This document shows positions 27,641 to 32,000 of a stretch of 32,000 nucleotides of DNA, in pieces (positions within the stretch are counted from its first letter, which is position 1; the number at the start of each line of letters is the position of its first letter). Both the position numbers and the translations under genes were made by a program. Source of the DNA: Demequinaceae bacterium (lineage in GTDB: Bacteria; Actinomycetota; Actinomycetes; Actinomycetales; Demequinaceae). Location: NCBI GenBank assembly GCA_965250005.1, contig OZ252279.1, positions 1,710,001 through 1,742,000 of the forward strand, written 5' to 3'. Under the pieces are notes generated by a model. The model saw nothing but the letters and a program-made list of their open reading frames with translations. It was not told where the DNA came from and ran no database searches.

Positions 27641-27747
27641 GACGACAGCGTAACTAGTGGGTAGGCCGACGCCCGAATGACAACCATGTGATTTACAACG
27701 TAGAGTTGACCTGGGCGCCGCGAGGGCGCGGAATTCGAGGAGGACCA

Positions 27748-28065
27748 GTGGACAGCATTGAGGAAGACGCGCTCGCTCCGGGCGAGCGCTTTGGCGTGAT
27801 GCCTCCTCGTGAACTGAGCGATCGCGAGCGGCTCGTACTCTCGTTCGAGCGCGAGTGGTGGCGCTACGGCGGTGCGAAAGAGACCTCGATTCGCGCCGAA
27901 TTCGGCGTCAGCGCGACGGAGTACTATCAAGTGCTCAACGCACTCCTCGATCGCGAAGACGCGCTGGCACACGATCCAATGCTCGTGAAGCGCTTGCGCC
28001 GGATGCGCGATTCGCGCCAGCGCCGCCGCACGTCAAGGCAGTTGGGCCTGCCTGCCGCAAGGTAA
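27748..28065 (+). CDS. DUF3263-family protein
   Basis: [75 protein letters not shown] at 27748 follows an AGGAGG RBS. Confidence 0.8.
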   Translation: MDSIEEDALAPGERFGVMPPRELSDRERLVLSFEREWWRYGGAKETSIRAEFGVSATEYYQVLNALLDREDALAHDPMLVKRLRRMRDSRQRRRTSRQLGLPAAR

Positions 28066-28074
28066 GGTTTCCGC

Positions 28075-28692
28075 GTGTCAAAGACAAGTTTCCCGCCTGA
28101 CGAGTTTGATCGGCTTCCCGAGACCGCAGATGATCCCGTTGGCGTTCACCGCTCAGCCCCAAGGGCCTGGACGCGCTTGGTGACGTTTATTACTGTGTTT
28201 GCACTCTTCGGCGGTATGGCCTACGGCGTTGTCATCGCGATCAGCCGTGCTGGTGACGTGCCGTGGCTCGCCTGGCTAGACGGGATCGGTTCGGCGCCGG
28301 CACCTTCGCCATCTGCGTTCGTCACAATTGAGCCCAGCGCCACTCCAACCGCCTCGCCTAGCGCCACCTACGTTCCGTCCTATGAGTACGCTGCCTCTAT
28401 TCGAGTATTCAACGACGCCGGAATCGCCAATCTCGCGGCAAAAGTACGCGACCATATTCTGATCGGCGGTGAGTTCACCAATGTCGCCACTGACAACTGG
28501 GATGGCGCAAGCGCCCCTGCCAACGTCATTCGGTACAACGACCCATCGCTCAAAGAAACGGCGGAACTACTGGCGAAAATGATAGGAATCACGACCGTGG
28601 CATTCGGCATTACAGATACGGCCTCGATCGAAATCGTGCTTCGCAGCGACCCGATTCCCGAGCCCGAGCCGGAGCCCTCACCCTCCTCATAA
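28075..28692 (+). CDS. Membrane-anchored LytR C-terminal (LytR_C) domain protein
   Basis: TM VTFITVFALFGGMAYGVVIAI, a Ser/Thr/Pro linker, then IRVFNDAGIANLAAKVRDHILIGGEFTNVATDNWDG....NVIRYNDPSLKETAELLAKMIGI. Confidence 0.75.
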   Translation: MSKTSFPPDEFDRLPETADDPVGVHRSAPRAWTRLVTFITVFALFGGMAYGVVIAISRAGDVPWLAWLDGIGSAPAPSPSAFVTIEPSATPTASPSATYVPSYEYAASIRVFNDAGIANLAAKVRDHILIGGEFTNVATDNWDGASAPANVIRYNDPSLKETAELLAKMIGITTVAFGITDTASIEIVLRSDPIPEPEPEPSPSS

Positions 28693-28805
28693 TTGCGGCT
28701 TGCGGTGCAAAGTGGGCGCACGGCGTCCCTGGGGGCCAGCATCGCCTAGAGCGAAACGAGGGCCACGGGGTTTGCGCTCTTCATGGGAGAGTGTCAGAAT
28801 CGCTA

Positions 28806-28832
28806 TTAGCACTCTCACCCTGAGAGTGCTAA
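28806..28832. promoter_or_regulatory. CIRCE element (HrcA operator)
   Basis: TTAGCACTC-TCACCCTGA-GAGTGCTAA: perfect 9-9-9 CIRCE, 106 bp upstream of the groEL start. Confidence 0.97.
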
Positions 28833-28905
28833 CAAATCGATTCTCTGTCAGTGACTCTGCTACGCGACACGTTATTTGCGCAGTGGACCAGCCCTTTTTG
28901 GGTGA

Positions 28906-30567
<1,662 letters not shown>

Positions 30568-30581
30568 AAGAAGAACTTCAC

Positions 30582-30655
30582 ATGCGGGCCGAAGAGGTTC
30601 GCTGCTCACGGTGGTCATGCTTGACCCCTTCGCAGCGAATCGGTTCGGCCCGCAT
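30582..30655 (+). repeat. Long nested stem-loop downstream of groEL
   Basis: ATGCGGGCCGAA-GAGG-TTCGCTGC...[GGTCA-TGCT-TGACC]...GCAGCGAA-TCGG-TTCGGCCCGCAT. Outer arms of 12+8 bp pair perfectly around a short partly mismatched bulge, with an internal 5-bp hairpin. Confidence 0.85.
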
Positions 30656-30697
30656 TGCTCTTTCCGAGCAGTGTGGGATAGGTCGGGGCTGCGGGAG

Positions 30698-30979
30698 TCA
30701 CTGCTCGCTGCGGCCGAGACGTTCGGCGACCGTCACGCGCAGCCCTGACGCGCGCAGTCGGCGGATGAGATCTTTTCCGTCGACGAGCGTCGCTCCGAGC
30801 TCCATCAGGCGAGGGTGAAGCTCCAGTGGGATGTCGTAGTGGTCGCGGTCAAAGCCGCGTTCGGGGACGCCCGCGGCGCGTGCTGCCGCGTGAAGCTCCT
30901 CGAGTGACTGGTCGCTCACAAGGTGCCCCCAGAGGCGGCCGTGATTGGGCCACATGGGCGGGTCAACAAACAGGGCCAT
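30698..30979 (-). CDS. DUF4031-family protein
   Basis: MALFVDPPMWPNHGRLWGHLVSDQSLEELHAAARAAGVPERGFDRDHYDIPLELHPRLMELGATLVDGKDLIRRLRASGLR. Confidence 0.8.
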   Translation of the reverse strand: MALFVDPPMWPNHGRLWGHLVSDQSLEELHAAARAAGVPERGFDRDHYDIPLELHPRLMELGATLVDGKDLIRRLRASGLRVTVAERLGRSEQ

Positions 30980-31003
30980 TGGCCCACCCTAGGCGCGCGG
31001 CAG

Positions 31004-31294
31004 TTAGCGCGTGAACATGCGCGCGGCAGTGGCCTCGGCTGACGCATATTGGTCCGCGGCGCTCGAGAGACCGCGGGTCATACTGTCGAGGGCCTGCTCG
31101 AGCTGAATCTGAGCCGTCCGCCATTGGGTGAGCAGCCCCGCGAAGGCGGTTGACGCCCCGCCCTGCCATGAGGCCTCGAGTTGCGTCAACTGTCCCACTA
31201 GAGCGGCGACCTCCGCACGTATGGTCTCGCCGGAAGAAGTAGCGAGGGCGGCGGCCTGCGCTACTTGAGCGGCATCGACGTGGTATTGGGACAT
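31004..31294 (-). CDS. WXG100-family (ESAT-6-like) small protein
   Basis: 96-aa helical protein with a central W-x-G turn: LTQLEASWQGGASTAFAGLLTQWRTAQIQLEQALDSMTRGLSSAADQYASAEATAARMF. Confidence 0.82.
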   Translation of the reverse strand: MSQYHVDAAQVAQAAALATSSGETIRAEVAALVGQLTQLEASWQGGASTAFAGLLTQWRTAQIQLEQALDSMTRGLSSAADQYASAEATAARMFTR

Positions 31295-31409
31295 GAGGAA
31301 CCCTCTCGTTGGTGTTCCCCAAAACTAGGCGTGGGCGAGCGCCGGTGCGCGCGCCCGAGGTCTGGCGGTGCAAGGACTGTAGATGCGGCGCGCTGGGGAC
31401 ACTTGCTGA

Positions 31410-32000
31410 CTAAGCGGCGTCGAGCTCAGCGATCTCGCGAGACACCCGCATGAGTTCGGCCTCGATATTTTGGCGGGCTCGAGCTTCCCACGGCGCGCCG
31501 AGCGGGCTTAGGTACAGACGTTCACGGGCAAGTAGCTGCGCGAGCACGGCCTTGCGGTGCTCGAGATAGTCGCGCTGTGGGGTATCGGCGAACTCGGCCC
31601 TCAGGTCTTCCACGTACGCCATGTAGCGCTTAGGGTCTGCGGCAAGGATCGAGAGGTCGGCGTCGCACAGGACTGCGCAGTCAATGTTGTCGGCGACCGG
31701 CGCGTGCTTTGCTAGCGCCTCGACCATCTCGGCGATCCCGTCAATGGTTTTGTCGGTCATGCCCAATTCGGCCAAATCGGCGCGCGCGAACGCCGCGCTG
31801 GCGGCTTCCGCGTTGGGTCGACGCTCCGCAATCCTCGAGCTGCTGTCAGCCTCCGCAACCGCGCCGTGGTACCAGGCTGCGATGCGGACACTTTGAGGGT
31901 CGTGGGTCTCTTGCTGCAACTGATCGATGTGTTCTAGCAAGTCCATGAGGTGCCGAACGGAGTGATAACTGCGGCGCGAACCTTCCCACATCCGCAAGAG
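31410..32000 (-). CDS. HD-superfamily-like protein, 5' end truncated by the window edge
   Basis: RRSYHSVRHLMDLLEHIDQL, VRIAAWYHGAVAEAD, NIDCAVLCDADLSILAADPKRYMAYVEDLRAEFADTP, and RLYLSPLGAPWEARARQNIEAEL resemble predicted metal-dependent HD phosphohydrolases. The reading frame stays open to base 32000. Confidence 0.65.
   Translation of the reverse strand, partial: LLRMWEGSRRSYHSVRHLMDLLEHIDQLQQETHDPQSVRIAAWYHGAVAEADSSSRIAERRPNAEAASAAFARADLAELGMTDKTIDGIAEMVEALAKHAPVADNIDCAVLCDADLSILAADPKRYMAYVEDLRAEFADTPQRDYLEHRKAVLAQLLARERLYLSPLGAPWEARARQNIEAELMRVSREIAELDAA

Overview
The window is a GC-rich, tightly packed actinobacterial chromosome segment, probably Micrococcales-like. It is mostly core genes: nadB (3' end), a CsoR/CstR-family repressor with a broken rhodanese gene, nadC, lysS, lsr2, a lactonase, gpmA, a GH-A-like lipoprotein, phoU, senX3/regX3, pstSCAB, carD, ispD, ispF, cysS, rlmB, a DUF4032 kinase-like gene, an msmK/ugpC-type ATPase, a membrane Ser/Thr kinase, MauE/DoxX plus DsbA, tRNA-Thr(TGT), ung, DUF3263, a LytR_C protein, CIRCE-groEL, DUF4031, WXG100 and an HD-like protein. 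No mobile element, CRISPR array or recognisable defence system was seen. The best candidate for an under-described system is the three-gene cassette at 25216-26972. It has a SipW-like (S26B-type) signal peptidase flanked by two small exported proteins that share a signal-peptide-proximal QLSV.S motif, and it lies just downstream of a MauE/DsbA oxidative-folding pair and a tRNA. Other notable signals are a rhodanese whose active-site loop is out of frame because of a perfect 5-bp tandem duplication, a 74-nt nested hairpin after groEL, a 27-bp palindrome upstream of the msmK-type gene, PHO-box-like 11-bp direct repeats before pstS and in the phoU/senX3 intergenic region, and an HD-family protein with HD changed to HG. 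All family names come from recognising motifs by eye, not from searches.
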